Source of the DNA: Pseudomonadota bacterium
GTDB lineage: Bacteria > Pseudomonadota > Alphaproteobacteria > Micavibrionales > UBA2020
Direction: 5' to 3'
DNA length: 64,000 nt
Assembly (NCBI GenBank): GCA_021845905.1
Contig: JAJZVA010000006.1
Location: 6,532-70,531, forward strand
Shown: positions 12,101 to 21,012 of the stretch, piece by piece
How the letters are laid out: each line of letters opens with the position of its first letter
Numbering within the stretch: position 1 is the stretch's first letter
Translations under genes and position numbers: made by a program
Notes under the pieces: model-generated
What the model saw: the letters and a program-made list of their open reading frames with translations, nothing else
The model's database searches: none
Told to the model about the DNA's origin: nothing

Positions 12101-13950
12101 AGGATTTTATAATCGTTGACCAGCGTGTTTTTGACGTTGAGGATCAGCGCGCCCGCGGATTGCAAAATGCCCGTCGCCGCGTTGGTGACGGAATCGGCAT
12201 TGACCGTTCCCGTATCGGAAGCCGTCGTCGACGCGATCAGCTTGCCGCTGTTGACCAGCGATGTGAGCGTGAAGGTCGAATTCGTCGCGGCTTGCAGGCC
12301 GCCGCTGTTGGTCAGCGCATCGCCCGTGATCGACACGTTGCCGTTGGCGACGATCGTGCCGCTGTTGGTGATGTCTTCCGTTCCGAATCCCTGATTGTCG
12401 GTGAAGGTGACGGATCGCGAGGCCTGCATCGTGCCGCTGTTGGTGATTCCGCCGCCGGAAGCGATGTCGACGTTGCCGTCGTCCGCGCTGATGGCGCCCG
12501 CGTTATCGGTCGCGCCCGCGGAGGTGAGGAACACGCTGCCCGCCGAACTGTCCAGACCCTGCCCGAACGCGGAAGATGTCGTGATCGCGGCTGCCGAAGT
12601 GAGCGTCAGATTGTTGGTTCCCTCCAGCGTCGCGCCCGCAAGCGCGATATCGCCGACCGTCGTCGTGGCCGTGATAGTGCTGCCGTAGAGCTTCTCGCCA
12701 TCCGCACCGACCGTCAGCGATGCGCCGTTGATGTTCATGTCGCCGCCGGAGCCGAAGCTGGTGTCGTCAAGAGTGATGTCGCTACTCTGCGCGAGCGTCA
12801 TGTCGCCCGTCGCATAACGCATGTTATCGTTCTTCATGCCGTTCGCATCGCCCTGATCGTTGAGCAAAACGGAGGTCAGCGTCATGTTGCCTCCCGCGGT
12901 CAGCACGCCGCCCGTCAGGCTGATATCGCCGACGCTGTCGGTCAGGGAAAGGTTGCCTTGCGCGCTCAGCGAGGCGTCAACCGTTTTGATCGCATCCGCG
13001 CCCGTGGCCGTGCCTGTCACGCCGATATTGCCGGCTGCGGAAACGTGGCTTTCAATGTCGACCTGACCCGCGGAAGTGAGCGTGAAGTCGCCGGTGCCCG
13101 CGGCGGCGTCGCCGAGCATTTTGACGCCGACGCCCGCTTCCGTCGCGATCAGCACGATGCGGTCGGCGTACATGCCGCCGAGCAGGGAGGAATCGATCGC
13201 CAGCACCGGCGCTGTTCCGGTCGGGGTTTGCGCGGTAACGGCCTTGGTCGCGTAATCGATGCTGTTCGCGCCCGCCGCGATGTCGAGCGACTTGGCGTTG
13301 ATCTGCCCTTCGATTTCAAGCGAGCGGGCGAACAGGCCGAGATAATTGTCGCGGCTGGCGTCGAGGCCGTTTCCGGTGATCAGGATGTCGCCGTTGGCGA
13401 CGCCGATGCCGTCGAGCGCGCCGGTCGTCGCGTCGATGTTCGGATGACCGGTGGTCAGCGTGACGTTGGGGATGTTGATGAAGCCGCAGCCCGAGCAGGT
13501 GATGCCGTTGGGGTTGGCGACGACGACGTCGGCCTGGCCGCCCACGACTTCCGTATAGCCCGCGAGGGTCGAGCGGTTTGTGGAGGTGACCTGGTTGAGG
13601 ATGACCTTCGCCTCGGTCTTCAGGTTGGTATTGGCCGCCACGGCGCCGGCGAGTTGCGACTGGATCTGGATCGCCTGCGTCGTGCTGTCGTTATTGAGCA
13701 CGAGGCCCTTGCTGTCGACGTTGTAATTGGTGAATTCGTTGTTGGAGAGACCGGCGCTGTTCGGGTTGGCGATATTGACCACCGGCACGCCGTTCGGCGC
13801 CGCCGTCACTTGGGTGTTCGTCGTTCCCGCCGCCGCCAGAGGAGGAACCGTCGTCGCCGCGGTCGCCACGCCCGGCAACATCATGATGCCTGTCATCATG
13901 CACGTTCTGAACACAATCATGCGGAAATTTTTCGATGCGGATTTGAACAT
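6190..13950 (-). CDS. Two-partner secretion passenger (TpsA), filamentous haemagglutinin/ShlA/CdiA-like, 2586 aa
   Basis: Sec-type N-terminus; TPS domain (NGVPVVNIANPN...NPNGITCSGCGFIN); FHA-type G/N/T/S repeats; central IETNP...LGD..YE...LAPVVYL block; haemagglutinin-2-type repeats. Confidence 0.93.
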   Translation of the reverse strand: MFKSASKNFRMIVFRTCMMTGIMMLPGVATAATTVPPLAAAGTTNTQVTAAPNGVPVVNIANPNSAGLSNNEFTNYNVDSKGLVLNNDSTTQAIQIQSQLAGAVAANTNLKTEAKVILNQVTSTNRSTLAGYTEVVGGQADVVVANPNGITCSGCGFINIPNVTLTTGHPNIDATTGALDGIGVANGDILITGNGLDASRDNYLGLFARSLEIEGQINAKSLDIAAGANSIDYATKAVTAQTPTGTAPVLAIDSSLLGGMYADRIVLIATEAGVGVKMLGDAAAGTGDFTLTSAGQVDIESHVSAAGNIGVTGTATGADAIKTVDASLSAQGNLSLTDSVGDISLTGGVLTAGGNMTLTSVLLNDQGDANGMKNDNMRYATGDMTLAQSSDITLDDTSFGSGGDMNINGASLTVGADGEKLYGSTITATTTVGDIALAGATLEGTNNLTLTSAAAITTSSAFGQGLDSSAGSVFLTSAGATDNAGAISADDGNVDIASGGGITNSGTMQASRSVTFTDNQGFGTEDITNSGTIVANGNVSITGDALTNSGGLQAATNSTFTLTSLVNSGKLIASTTASDTGTVNADSVTNAATGILQSAGALILNVKNTLVNDYKILASGDLSIAPRWNGATLGITNNSGATIQSGGTLQINDSTGFNNIDLTQNGTLLGNALSMSIDTLTNGGTIQGGSGTSSITTAGTLTNDSGALINVANSSSGSGTIDAKGQLVDNGTLQSNGDMTLDVTNGTLTLANNAKVIAGHDLTATVDFISMGGSGSAMIAGQSGSGTGAYTFSGGLTNAGALFSGGDLEVTAPYIYNTTTGGIAATGNLIVTANGGGFLNYGALYGGASLTAKSVGNSFTNEDQGTINGGNISISASYDFINNNNIDATGNLTVDAPYFFNEPTGGDQRAWSYNQNNTTSSTGWSNGDWCSSSSLCTNNTTKTDTTTWSNAQYYVTAPTHKPELVADGTLNISNFATGLNLYGIISGQTVNISTTQPGATFTNDDYGLTTDNWQQQTTYHGYCGTLCFTYNEDTTTYAPTETSSSETAPNTGIYAGTLNMSGFSLDNVGNTTNSTTPQAAGTKTATNSDTLSGSVSSTSGASTFSLGGISITLPTNPNGYFIVNPNPGIGPLIETNPMYQVGSSFLGSNYMIKAYGVDPDSVERRLGDANYEASLIKTQVLNDGAAAILGTGDQAAAMQQLMDNGVTQGKSLGLTIGVAPTKQQLAGLKSNMVWMVDTVVDGQHVLAPVVYLSAATQSQIAGGTVIAAANANMNLTSLNNAGGTISGSNSLNIQSQGNITNTDGTITGGNVSLASTDGSIINQTTATTTGGTGDEHTVIGRTAGISSTGNLSMNAKNDITNTGAQVSAGGNASLNAGGNITFTNIEDKESRSTSSASGSGLDSSSSSTTTTTGTNIGSGLTVGGNLTSNSGGDTTIQGSNVNVTGDGSVTAGGNINILDGQNTSDTSSSSTTSGAGVGGGVYGTSTTTDTDSKGTSVASNVNFGGNATLNAGGDLTLRGSNAHAGGDMNVNATDVNVLAGRNTETHTTTTSTTSFLKVDNGTSSNSSGASSGASSDSGNNADEGGHAGAGVNADANAGNTDQGGLTFSDTNTTSTTHYTSTAAGSSLSSGGNMNINARNNVNLVGSNVNAGGDANVNARNVNVLAAQNIDTTTTTTTDTKTGLYGTSDNNADANAGANADAAQGGNGNPSAGANANASANANSDNTLALVQNDQSTDDVTNITHTGSGITSGGNLNLNAQNDLNVNGSKLAAGGNATLNATNMSFTAAQDSHTETKTDSNTSVGLYASAGANAQAGAGADANGMLANADASAGADANAGVGLYGTNTTTGSVEGTTTAETSMISAGGNLTRNASNDINDQGTQINAGGNFSQSSKTWESTAAQNTSFSSSTSDTNTAKLGLYADANAGASAGASDLTGADTNAGADASAGLEASYSGSNSASTSNTSNAVVSNIHAGGNVTTNTSGTASLQGTNMSSGGDMTLNAGTLNYTAAKNTSSYTTSGSKINADLKVGVDATHAVTGSLSGSYGQDSSSGSESDAVVGGLNAGGNLHVNTKGDANFEGTNLAAGGDAGINAGGNVNFSAAHDTKTSTSNGFNVGGSISASKGGNGGKSGSSQGFSLSGGYNTSTSSENDAVAGSITSGGNLSVSSGKNATFEGTNLSSGGNASVAAKGDVSFNAAKSTSSSSGFNVGGSIGGSKGTKSDTNKGTSENSSGGNFSLSGGYNNSGSTMEAASNINSGGSVNISSGHDVNLQGTNIASTGETSLSAKHNVNFTATKNTSHSFGVGGSIGGGTSTKTSRDSKSSSQPKTEKENKGSFSFGVSGGNQTDETGGSINAGSININSGNDTTLVGTKTSSQGDTTVNAGGNVNLEATHSHGFEGGIGIGVAASKTTTSQANNPKLPNGGKSESKTRGGLSQLGASGNSSYGGTDMSSGGNLTINSGGKTTLQGSKLSADGQASVNAKGGIEQKSTVGVHGKLGLSEAGAGVSVQTSQIISKNIAKSPAAAKLEKSFSAIENNAGLSRAQKFSAMADKIKNDPALTQAEKAKMLSALANWQKQLGSAPHK

Positions 13951-13962
13951 GGCGCGCCTCTT

Positions 13963-15696
13963 TTAAAACGTAACTGATAATTGTCCGAGAAGATTGAAAC
14001 CGGGATGCCCCACCGTGCCGGGATAAATCAGCGGGTGCCCGGCCAGAAGGCTCAGATTCGCGGGGCCGCTGGCGACGTTCGCGCCCGCCGCCGCGCCGAC
14101 GAGCATGCCGTTTTGCGTTCCCGCATGCACGCTGCCCGCCGCGCCGACATCGAGCGCGACCAGGGGCCTTATGCTGAACGTGCGTCCGCCGACCGTGGCG
14201 CTTTTCAACAGCGTCACGTCGTTGCGGAGATAAAAGCCGTCGTCGTTGGCGATCTCCTCATCAAGAAAGCCGCGCACCGTGTAAAGCCCGCCGATCGAAA
14301 ACTGCTGGCTGCCGTAGAGCGCGTATGGCGCGTACTGCCCGCTGAACTGCGATGAAAAAACGAAATTCTGCCTTTCCGCCGAAAAAGGCCGGCTGTAGCC
14401 TGCGGTCAGCGTGTATTTGTCGAACTGCGCGTGCGGCACCGCGCTGCTGATGGTCGAAGCGTCATGCAGCGCGTTGAAAAAAGGCAGTCCGCGTGCGTAA
14501 GCGACGCCCGTGTTGAAAGACCCGCCGAGAAGCCGCGTGCTGTAGTTGGCGGCCAGCGTCAGGTACGTCAGCGTGCGCGAGCTGACGTTGATGAACTGGT
14601 TGTCGATATAGGTATCGGTGACGTCGTTGGTGAGCGCCGCGCTCACATCCGCCTTGCTGACCCGGTCGCGGTAAACCACGCGGTCGAGCGTCAGCGTTCC
14701 TGAATTGTCCGTACCGTTGAGGTGCAGGTTGCTCGCGCCGGAGAGGATCGTGCTGTTGTAGTTCGACTTGCTGTAGTTGAAAGTTATCGTCGAATAGCCG
14801 AGCGGCAGCGACATCAAAAGGCTGTAGGCCGTGGCCTCATGATAGCCGTTGTTCCACGGAATGGTCTTGTTCACCGTCAGGCTGGTGAAATCCTGCAATC
14901 CGGCGAGATTGTCGAAGCTCGCGGCGACGCTCGTCTGGTCGCGCCCCGTCGTCGCCGAGCCGTAATCGTTGTAGGACGCGGTGACATGCCAGGGCTTCGA
15001 CGGCCTGTTGTCGATGGTGACGACGCTCTCCCCGGCCTGCGCGCCCGGCGCGATCTGCATCGTCGCGTTGTTGGAAAGCAGGCGGTTGATCTGGTCGATC
15101 CCTTCCTCGAAATCGCGCAGGTTGAGATCGTGCCCGACCACGCCGGGGAAAATGTTTCCAAGGTAGTTGATATGCGTTTTGGCCTTGTCGGTCTTGATCT
15201 CCTGCACGATGCCCGGCACGATCTGCAGCTTGAGGATGCCCGTAGCAAGATTTTGTCCGGGCAGATAAACCCGCGTCGTCACGTAGCCCTTGTTAATGTA
15301 AAATGCGGTAATGCCAGACATCAGCTTTTCGATTTGATCGACGCCAAGGCATTTGCCTTCGAACGGCGCGGTCAGCTTCCGCTGCTCCGCCTTCGGCATG
15401 TGCACGGGGTCGAGGAGTTCGATCTTCCTGATCATCCGGCAACCCTTGCCGTGCCCTTGCTGCATCTTTGGCAGCGGTACGCTGATCTGCGTTTGCTTGC
15501 GCGTGCGCAAGGCCTTGTCCATCTCGGACTGCTGCTGCAACTGCTGCTGGCGCAAAATCTGGTCCGTCTGCTGCTGCGCGCTTTGAATTTGCGCGTTCGT
15601 CAGCGCAAACGCCGAAGTTGCGCCCATAAGCGTCAGAGCCGTCGCAAAGCCGGAAAAAATCATAAAACGACAAAAAAATGCTCCAGCCCCGTTCAT
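13963..15696 (-). CDS. Two-partner secretion outer membrane transporter (TpsB, ShlB/FhaC/HecB family)
   Basis: POTRA motifs (YINKGYVTTRVYLP, LNLRDFEEGIDQINRL), loop-6 motif IGGLYTVRGF, C-terminal F; immediately upstream of tpsA. Confidence 0.95.
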   Translation of the reverse strand: MNGAGAFFCRFMIFSGFATALTLMGATSAFALTNAQIQSAQQQTDQILRQQQLQQQSEMDKALRTRKQTQISVPLPKMQQGHGKGCRMIRKIELLDPVHMPKAEQRKLTAPFEGKCLGVDQIEKLMSGITAFYINKGYVTTRVYLPGQNLATGILKLQIVPGIVQEIKTDKAKTHINYLGNIFPGVVGHDLNLRDFEEGIDQINRLLSNNATMQIAPGAQAGESVVTIDNRPSKPWHVTASYNDYGSATTGRDQTSVAASFDNLAGLQDFTSLTVNKTIPWNNGYHEATAYSLLMSLPLGYSTITFNYSKSNYNSTILSGASNLHLNGTDNSGTLTLDRVVYRDRVSKADVSAALTNDVTDTYIDNQFINVSSRTLTYLTLAANYSTRLLGGSFNTGVAYARGLPFFNALHDASTISSAVPHAQFDKYTLTAGYSRPFSAERQNFVFSSQFSGQYAPYALYGSQQFSIGGLYTVRGFLDEEIANDDGFYLRNDVTLLKSATVGGRTFSIRPLVALDVGAAGSVHAGTQNGMLVGAAAGANVASGPANLSLLAGHPLIYPGTVGHPGFNLLGQLSVTF

Positions 15697-16020
15697 GCGT
15701 TCAAATCCGTTTTATTCTGAAAATATGATTGGGAGATCTTATACTTTATCAGTACTTTATTTGCAAGTTAAAAATTGGCATAATTATTCATATTTTTGTA
15801 AATGTCGTTGTTTTTACTATGTTTTGTAAACAAACATCGCTTTTGCAGAGGGGGCATTATTGGCCGGGCATCGGTCAAGATCATCGAATATAAAACGCTT
15901 TAGACATCGAGCGCCGGGGTAATCATTTTATAACCAATATGCCTGATAATCAACCGGCGGGTATTTATACCTTTTCCGGCATTTCCCGGGGCGCGCACCA
16001 AGCAAAAAGGACAAATCAAT

Positions 16021-16509
16021 ATGCAAGACGCGAAAACACCATTAAACGGCAAAAACCTTCCGACAGGCGGCCTGCGGGAAGCGCTCGCCTCGGGCACGGC
16101 GGAGAGCGTCGTCCAGGCGCTGGAAAAAATGATAGAACGCAAAGAAGGCGAAAACGAAAACTGGCACGCGCGTTCCGTCTCATTGCTTCACTCCATGATC
16201 CCTCCTCTTGTCTGGTTGCGAGACAACAAGGGCTTGCAAATGAGCGACCTCGGCGGGCTCAGGGAAATGATAAGCTTCACAGAGGCCGTCAAAATGAGCC
16301 GCAACGCGGAAATACCCGCCCCGGCGCGTGAGACATTGCAGGAGTTTTTGCGCACGCTGTCCGATTACGATGACAGTCACTATGACGAAATCGGCGTTTT
16401 TATTGCCGCCTCAGGCGGAGACGAACAGGCGACCAAAACGCAGTTCAATTATCTTTCAATGCGCCTGCAACGCGAACTGATAACCCTTCAGCAGGACGGC
16501 ATGGAATAG
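16021..16509 (+). CDS. Hypothetical protein resembling the isolated helical domain of DotL/IcmO type IV coupling proteins
   Basis: SGTAESVVQAL...NWHARSVSLL..LVWLRD...LQEFLRTLSDY...TKTQFNYLSMRL recalls the IcmO segment GSS..L...MWKGRA....LV.LRD...YL..LPGY...QHG(F/Y)..MQ; no Walker motifs; AAGGA RBS. Confidence 0.6.
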   Translation: MQDAKTPLNGKNLPTGGLREALASGTAESVVQALEKMIERKEGENENWHARSVSLLHSMIPPLVWLRDNKGLQMSDLGGLREMISFTEAVKMSRNAEIPAPARETLQEFLRTLSDYDDSHYDEIGVFIAASGGDEQATKTQFNYLSMRLQRELITLQQDGME

Positions 16510-16725
16510 ATGCCCAAGGAAATGCCCGCGCGGAGGACGGCACATCGATATCGTTCGCCGCCGCCTCTATCTGCACGCGCAGTTGCCTTTAATCGGCTTT
16601 TGGCGCTTTGGAATTTTTTTCACTCGCGCAAGAACGTACATAGATACGGCCCGTCAGGAAAGATTTCTTTGTCCTGCCTATTACCTCGGTAAATTCGACT
16701 AACCTTTTAATTTTATATAAAAATC

Positions 16726-16802
16726 TGGCGCGCCCGGCGGGATTCGAACCTGCAACCTTTGGCTTCGGAGGCCAACACTCTATCCAGTTGAGCTACGGGC
16801 GC
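16726..16802 (-). tRNA. trnR: tRNA-Arg (CCG)
   Basis: Reverse complement GCGCCCGTAGCTCAACTGGATAGAGTGTTGGCCTCCGAAGCCAAAGGTTGCAGGTTCGAATCCCGCCGGGCGCGCCA; anticodon CCG. Confidence 0.97.
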
Positions 16803-16864
16803 GTGCAAGCTCCTTTATCAGGCAGAATGCATCTTCTGTCAATTTTTCTGTGCGCGTGGCCAGC

Positions 16865-17398
16865 TTAATCTTTGCTGAAATCGCCTGACTGAAAACCACC
16901 TTCTGCCTTGGGCAATGCGAACGCCGGGGCAAGTTCTTTCTGAATTTTGCTCTGCTTTTCACTGAGGTAAGCCGCGACGCTGTCGACGTTCCGGCGCGAA
17001 GCCTTTTCCGCCTCGGCCAGCTGCTGTTCCCTTTGCAAAAGCTTCATGTTGGTGTCTTTCATCCGGGAAGACATCATGCGAATCAGGCGCTTATACAGGC
17101 TTTCGGAAGCTTTCATGGAGGTTGTCAGATCGTGCGCGGGAATGCCGATCAGCACGCAATCCGCCTTGGTGCGCACGCTGGCGCTGCGCACGCCTTCGGA
17201 CAGCGCGGCCATCTCCCCGACCATCGCGCCGGCGCCAAGCTCCGCTAGCAAAGTTTCGCTGCCATTCGGGTTTCTCACGAAAACCTCGACCGCGCCGCTT
17301 TCAATCAAAAAGGCGCGATTCCCTTGCGCGCCCTGCTCGATCACCAGCGTGCCAGCCGGAATAAACTGCCTGTCCAGAATTTTCGTTCCATGCGCCAT
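16865..17398 (-). CDS. Cyclic nucleotide-binding domain protein with C-terminal coiled coil
   Basis: [18 protein letters not shown]...[17 protein letters not shown] cNMP fold; no HTH after it; GGAG RBS favours ATG 17398. Confidence 0.85.
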   Translation of the reverse strand: MAHGTKILDRQFIPAGTLVIEQGAQGNRAFLIESGAVEVFVRNPNGSETLLAELGAGAMVGEMAALSEGVRSASVRTKADCVLIGIPAHDLTTSMKASESLYKRLIRMMSSRMKDTNMKLLQREQQLAEAEKASRRNVDSVAAYLSEKQSKIQKELAPAFALPKAEGGFQSGDFSKD

Positions 17399-17522
17399 AA
17401 ATCCAAACACTCCTCTAACTACAATTATATATTATATATATTAATCAATTTGTTAATTTTATGTAAAATTATAGCGACATTGCATATTTCAGTAACAACA
17501 TTGCCATAAGGGTTAAATATAC

Positions 17523-17552
17523 TTGACAGGAGCACGACGAAACATTTATATA
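17523..17552 (+). promoter_or_regulatory. Probable sigma70 promoter of the rpmH operon
   Basis: TTGACA at 17523-17528 and an AT-rich TTATAT/TATATA 17-18 nt later. Confidence 0.5.
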
Positions 17553-17618
17553 GCAACCTCTTGGATATCAGTCGCGGGATGCACGCGCATCGCGGCGTAA
17601 ACGTAATGGAGATTGAAC

Positions 17619-17753
17619 GTGAAACGTACATATCAACCCAGCAAGCTGGTTCGCAAACGCCGCCACGGGTTCAGAAGCCGCATGGCGACCGTCAACGGCC
17701 GCAAGGTTCTCGCCAGCCGCCGCGCAAAGGGTCGCGCACGCCTCTCGGCATAA
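17619..17753 (+). CDS. rpmH: 50S ribosomal protein L34
   Basis: GTG start; [44 protein letters not shown]; absent from the ORF track because it is short. Confidence 0.97.
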   Translation: MKRTYQPSKLVRKRRHGFRSRMATVNGRKVLASRRAKGRARLSA

Positions 17754-17805
17754 CGGGTTTTGCATCCACGCGCGGCTTGCCTGTTGAACATACACTGTTG
17801 AACAT

Positions 17806-18162
17806 ATGGCAACGCTTTCTTTGAAAAATTCCGCAGACTTCAAACGCCTTTCCCGCTCCGGAAAGAAGTGCGTCCTGCCCGCCTTCATCCTGCAGGCCGC
17901 GCGGCAAGGCGATGCCTGCGCACCGTTTCGTCTCGGCCTCACCGCCAGCCGCAAAGTCGGCAACGCCGTCACCCGCAACCGCGCCAAACGCCGCCTGCGC
18001 GCCCTCGTGCGCCTCTATGAAGCGCCTGAAAAGCTCGCCGGCTGGGATATCGTACTGATCGCGCGCACAACGGCAGGGGAGCGCGATTTCGCGCAAATGC
18101 GGCAGGATTTCCGTCAGGCCCTGGAAAAACTTGGGCTGGAAAAAGCGGGAGCCCCGGCATGA
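17806..18162 (+). CDS. rnpA: Ribonuclease P protein component
   Basis: [24 protein letters not shown] (RNR motif); synteny with rpmH. Confidence 0.96.
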   Translation: MATLSLKNSADFKRLSRSGKKCVLPAFILQAARQGDACAPFRLGLTASRKVGNAVTRNRAKRRLRALVRLYEAPEKLAGWDIVLIARTTAGERDFAQMRQDFRQALEKLGLEKAGAPA

Positions 18163-18401
18163 GCCTCGTTTCCCGTTTTCTTTTGCTGCTCATCCGTGTA
18201 TATCATTACACGATTTCACCGTTTACGGGGCGGAGCTGCCGTTATTATCCTACCTGCTCTTCCTACACGGCGACGGCCATCCGCCGCTTTGGCGCCCTGC
18301 GCGGGAGCCTCCTCGGCATCAAAAGGATCTGCCGCTGCCATCCCTACAACCCGGGCGGCTACGACCCGGTGCCCGAAAAGAAAGAAAGCGAAAGACAATG
18401 A
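18159..18401 (+). CDS. yidD: Membrane protein insertion efficiency factor YidD
   Basis: [10 protein letters not shown]...[17 protein letters not shown]. Confidence 0.96.
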   Translation: MSLVSRFLLLLIRVYHYTISPFTGRSCRYYPTCSSYTATAIRRFGALRGSLLGIKRICRCHPYNPGGYDPVPEKKESERQ

Positions 18402-20218
18402 ACACGCCTCCATCGAACGACCAGCAGGACAACGGCCGCATGATGATCGCGGTGGTGATTTCGCTGCTCATCCTCGTCGCCTATCACTTTCTTGTCCAGA
18501 AACCGCAGGAAGCGGAATTGCAGCGCCTGCAGCAAACGCAGGCGCTGGCGCAAAAAACGGCGTCTTCGGCGACATCGGTTCCGTCCGCGGGAAAAACTGC
18601 GGTCGTCGCGGCCAAAGCCGCGGCGCCCGTTGCGCGCGCCAAGGCGCTGCAGGAAACGCCGCGCATCGCCATCCGCGGCGACAAAGTGACGGGGTCGATC
18701 AACCTCGCCGGGGCGCGCCTTGATGATCTGACGCTTAACGACCAGTACGTGACCATCGCCAAAAAGAAGCACGTCGCCCTGCTCTCGCCCGACGGCACGC
18801 AGGGCGCCTATTATGTCGAAGGCGGATGGACCGGCGGCAAAGGCATCGCCCTGCCGGGTGAAAAAACCGTCTGGCACCTCGCGCCCGGCAGCGCGAAGGA
18901 GCTGGTCTCCGGCGGCAGCGTCACGCTGCAATGGAACAACGGCGCGGGGCTTCTCTTTACCCGCAAGATCAGCCTCGACAAAAACTATCTCTTCACCGTC
19001 GTGCAGACCGTCAAAAACGAGACGCGACAAACCCTCTCGCTCAGCGCCTGGCACCTGATCTCGCGCCACGGACAACCGGGGGGATTCCATACTTACTACG
19101 TGCAGGAAGGCCCGATCTACGATCTTGACGGTTCGCTCAAGGAAATCTCCTATAAAGACCTGATCGAAGGCAAGAAATACAAAGAAAGCGACGCCAGCGG
19201 ATGGATCGGCATCACCGACAAATACTGGTTCGTCGGCTTCTTCACGCCCAAAGGCGAGAAATTCGACGCCCGCGTCCTCGGCACGCCCGCCGGTAAAAAG
19301 CACGATTTCCAGACGGACATCGTCTCTCCTTCGCAAACGCTCCAGCCCGGACAGACGATCACCGACACCAAATACGTTTTCGCCGGCATCAAGCACATGC
19401 AGATCATCAAGGCCTATGAGAAGCAATACCACTTTCCGCACATGGACCTGATGATCGACTTCGGCATTCTCTCGTTCATCGTCAGGCCGTTTTTCACGTT
19501 CCTGCACTTCCTGTTCCGGATCACCGGCAGCGTCGGCATGGGCATCATCCTGCTCACTATCATCCTCCGCGCGGCGGTGTTTCCGCTCACCCACAGGGGC
19601 TTCCACTCGATGGCGCAGATGAAAAAAATCCAGCCGCAGCTCAAGAAACTGCAGGAGCAATACGGCAAGGACCGCGAGAAACTGCAAATCGAGATCATGG
19701 AGCTTTACAGGAAAGAGAACGTCAGCCCCTTCGGCGGTTGCTGGCCGATGCTGGCGCAAACCCCGATCTTCATCGCCCTTTACAAATCCATCCTGCTCTC
19801 GGTCGAAATGCGCCATGCGCCGTTCTGGGGCTGGATCCACGACCTTTCTGCGCCGGACCCGACCAACGTCTTCACGCTCTTCGGCCTGGTGCACTGGAAC
19901 CCGCCGCCCCTGCTCCACGTCGGCGCCTGGCCGTTGCTCTACGGCATCACCATGTTCCTGACGCAAAGGCTCTCGCCGCCCGCGCCCGACCAGACGCAAA
20001 ACAATCTCATGAGCTTCATGCCGTTTCTCTTCACCATCATGTTCGCGAGGTTCTCGTCGGGGCTGGTCATCTACTTCACGATCAGCAGTTTCGCCGGGCT
20101 CGTCCAGCAGTATTACATCATGCGCCGGAGCGGCGACAAAGACGTCTCGCTGCTCCGCGGCCACGGCGACCGTCGCAAAAAGAAGGCGCCGCCGCACGCG
20201 CACAAAGCGAAGAAATAA
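18398..20218 (+). CDS. yidC: Membrane protein insertase YidC
   Basis: [40 protein letters not shown]; ATG overlaps the yidD stop. Confidence 0.96.
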   Translation: MNTPPSNDQQDNGRMMIAVVISLLILVAYHFLVQKPQEAELQRLQQTQALAQKTASSATSVPSAGKTAVVAAKAAAPVARAKALQETPRIAIRGDKVTGSINLAGARLDDLTLNDQYVTIAKKKHVALLSPDGTQGAYYVEGGWTGGKGIALPGEKTVWHLAPGSAKELVSGGSVTLQWNNGAGLLFTRKISLDKNYLFTVVQTVKNETRQTLSLSAWHLISRHGQPGGFHTYYVQEGPIYDLDGSLKEISYKDLIEGKKYKESDASGWIGITDKYWFVGFFTPKGEKFDARVLGTPAGKKHDFQTDIVSPSQTLQPGQTITDTKYVFAGIKHMQIIKAYEKQYHFPHMDLMIDFGILSFIVRPFFTFLHFLFRITGSVGMGIILLTIILRAAVFPLTHRGFHSMAQMKKIQPQLKKLQEQYGKDREKLQIEIMELYRKENVSPFGGCWPMLAQTPIFIALYKSILLSVEMRHAPFWGWIHDLSAPDPTNVFTLFGLVHWNPPPLLHVGAWPLLYGITMFLTQRLSPPAPDQTQNNLMSFMPFLFTIMFARFSSGLVIYFTISSFAGLVQQYYIMRRSGDKDVSLLRGHGDRRKKKAPPHAHKAKK

Positions 20219-20844
20219 TGGCAAACGCCCAAACAGGCGCGGGCGAACGCCTGTTCCGGCGGGAGTGCCGCTTCGCCACCGCGGCTTCGGTTTCCTCCAG
20301 TCTTCCGCCGCCGGAGATCGGCGAGATCGCCTTCGCCGGACGCTCGAACGTCGGCAAATCGTCACTCATCAACGCGCTCACCGGACGACGGGGACTTGCG
20401 CGTGCGTCCAATACGCCGGGGCGCACGCAGCAGATCAATTTTTTCGACCTCGACGGCGCGGTTTATCTCGTCGACCTGCCGGGCTACGGCTACGCCGCCG
20501 CCGCGAAAACAAAAGTCCACGCCTGGAACGACATGGTGCGCGGCTACCTTCGCAACCGTCAGACGCTGAAGCGCGTCTTCCTGTTGATTGATTCGCGCCG
20601 CGGGCTCATGGACATCGACCGCGAAACCATGGATATGCTCGATCAGGCCAATGTGCCCTATGCCGCCGTGCTCACCAAATCCGACAAGCTGAAAAACGCG
20701 GAACTTGAAGACACGCGCGCCGCGCTCGCGCTGGAACTTGAGCAGCACCTCTGCGCCGCAATGCCGCCTTATGTCACCAGCGCGGAGAAAAAGCTGGGGA
20801 TTGCTGAATTGCGTGATTTCATTGCATCCGAATTGAATTTATGA
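20218..20844 (+). CDS. engB: Ribosome biogenesis GTPase YihA/EngB
   Basis: EIAFAGRSNVGKSSLINAL, TPGRTQ, DLPGYG, TKSDKL. Confidence 0.95.
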   Translation: MANAQTGAGERLFRRECRFATAASVSSSLPPPEIGEIAFAGRSNVGKSSLINALTGRRGLARASNTPGRTQQINFFDLDGAVYLVDLPGYGYAAAAKTKVHAWNDMVRGYLRNRQTLKRVFLLIDSRRGLMDIDRETMDMLDQANVPYAAVLTKSDKLKNAELEDTRAALALELEQHLCAAMPPYVTSAEKKLGIAELRDFIASELNL

Positions 20845-21012
20845 CAACCGTGCATTGGCATGGCCGCAAAAATCAATACTCGAAAAAATTTAAATGTTAC
20901 GAAAACACTTCTTTCGCGAAGAGGACTTAACTATTCTGCTTTTTGACATTAAATGCTATACAGTTCTTTAAGTATATTACTTTATAACTTTTTCTTCAGG
21001 GTAGGCCATAGA

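Noticed and set aside
16510-16692. 60-aa ORF right after the DotL-like gene as a continuation of a split ATPase
   Set aside because: No coupling-protein motifs and the sequence does not look protein-like
3672-16725. Genomic island between tRNA-Trp and tRNA-Arg carrying the TPS locus
   Set aside because: No integrase, no duplicated tRNA 3' end seen, and the TPS genes have host-like composition
17400-17620. AT-rich spacer near rpmH as a possible replication origin
   Set aside because: No clear DnaA boxes and no dnaA here; divergent promoters explain it
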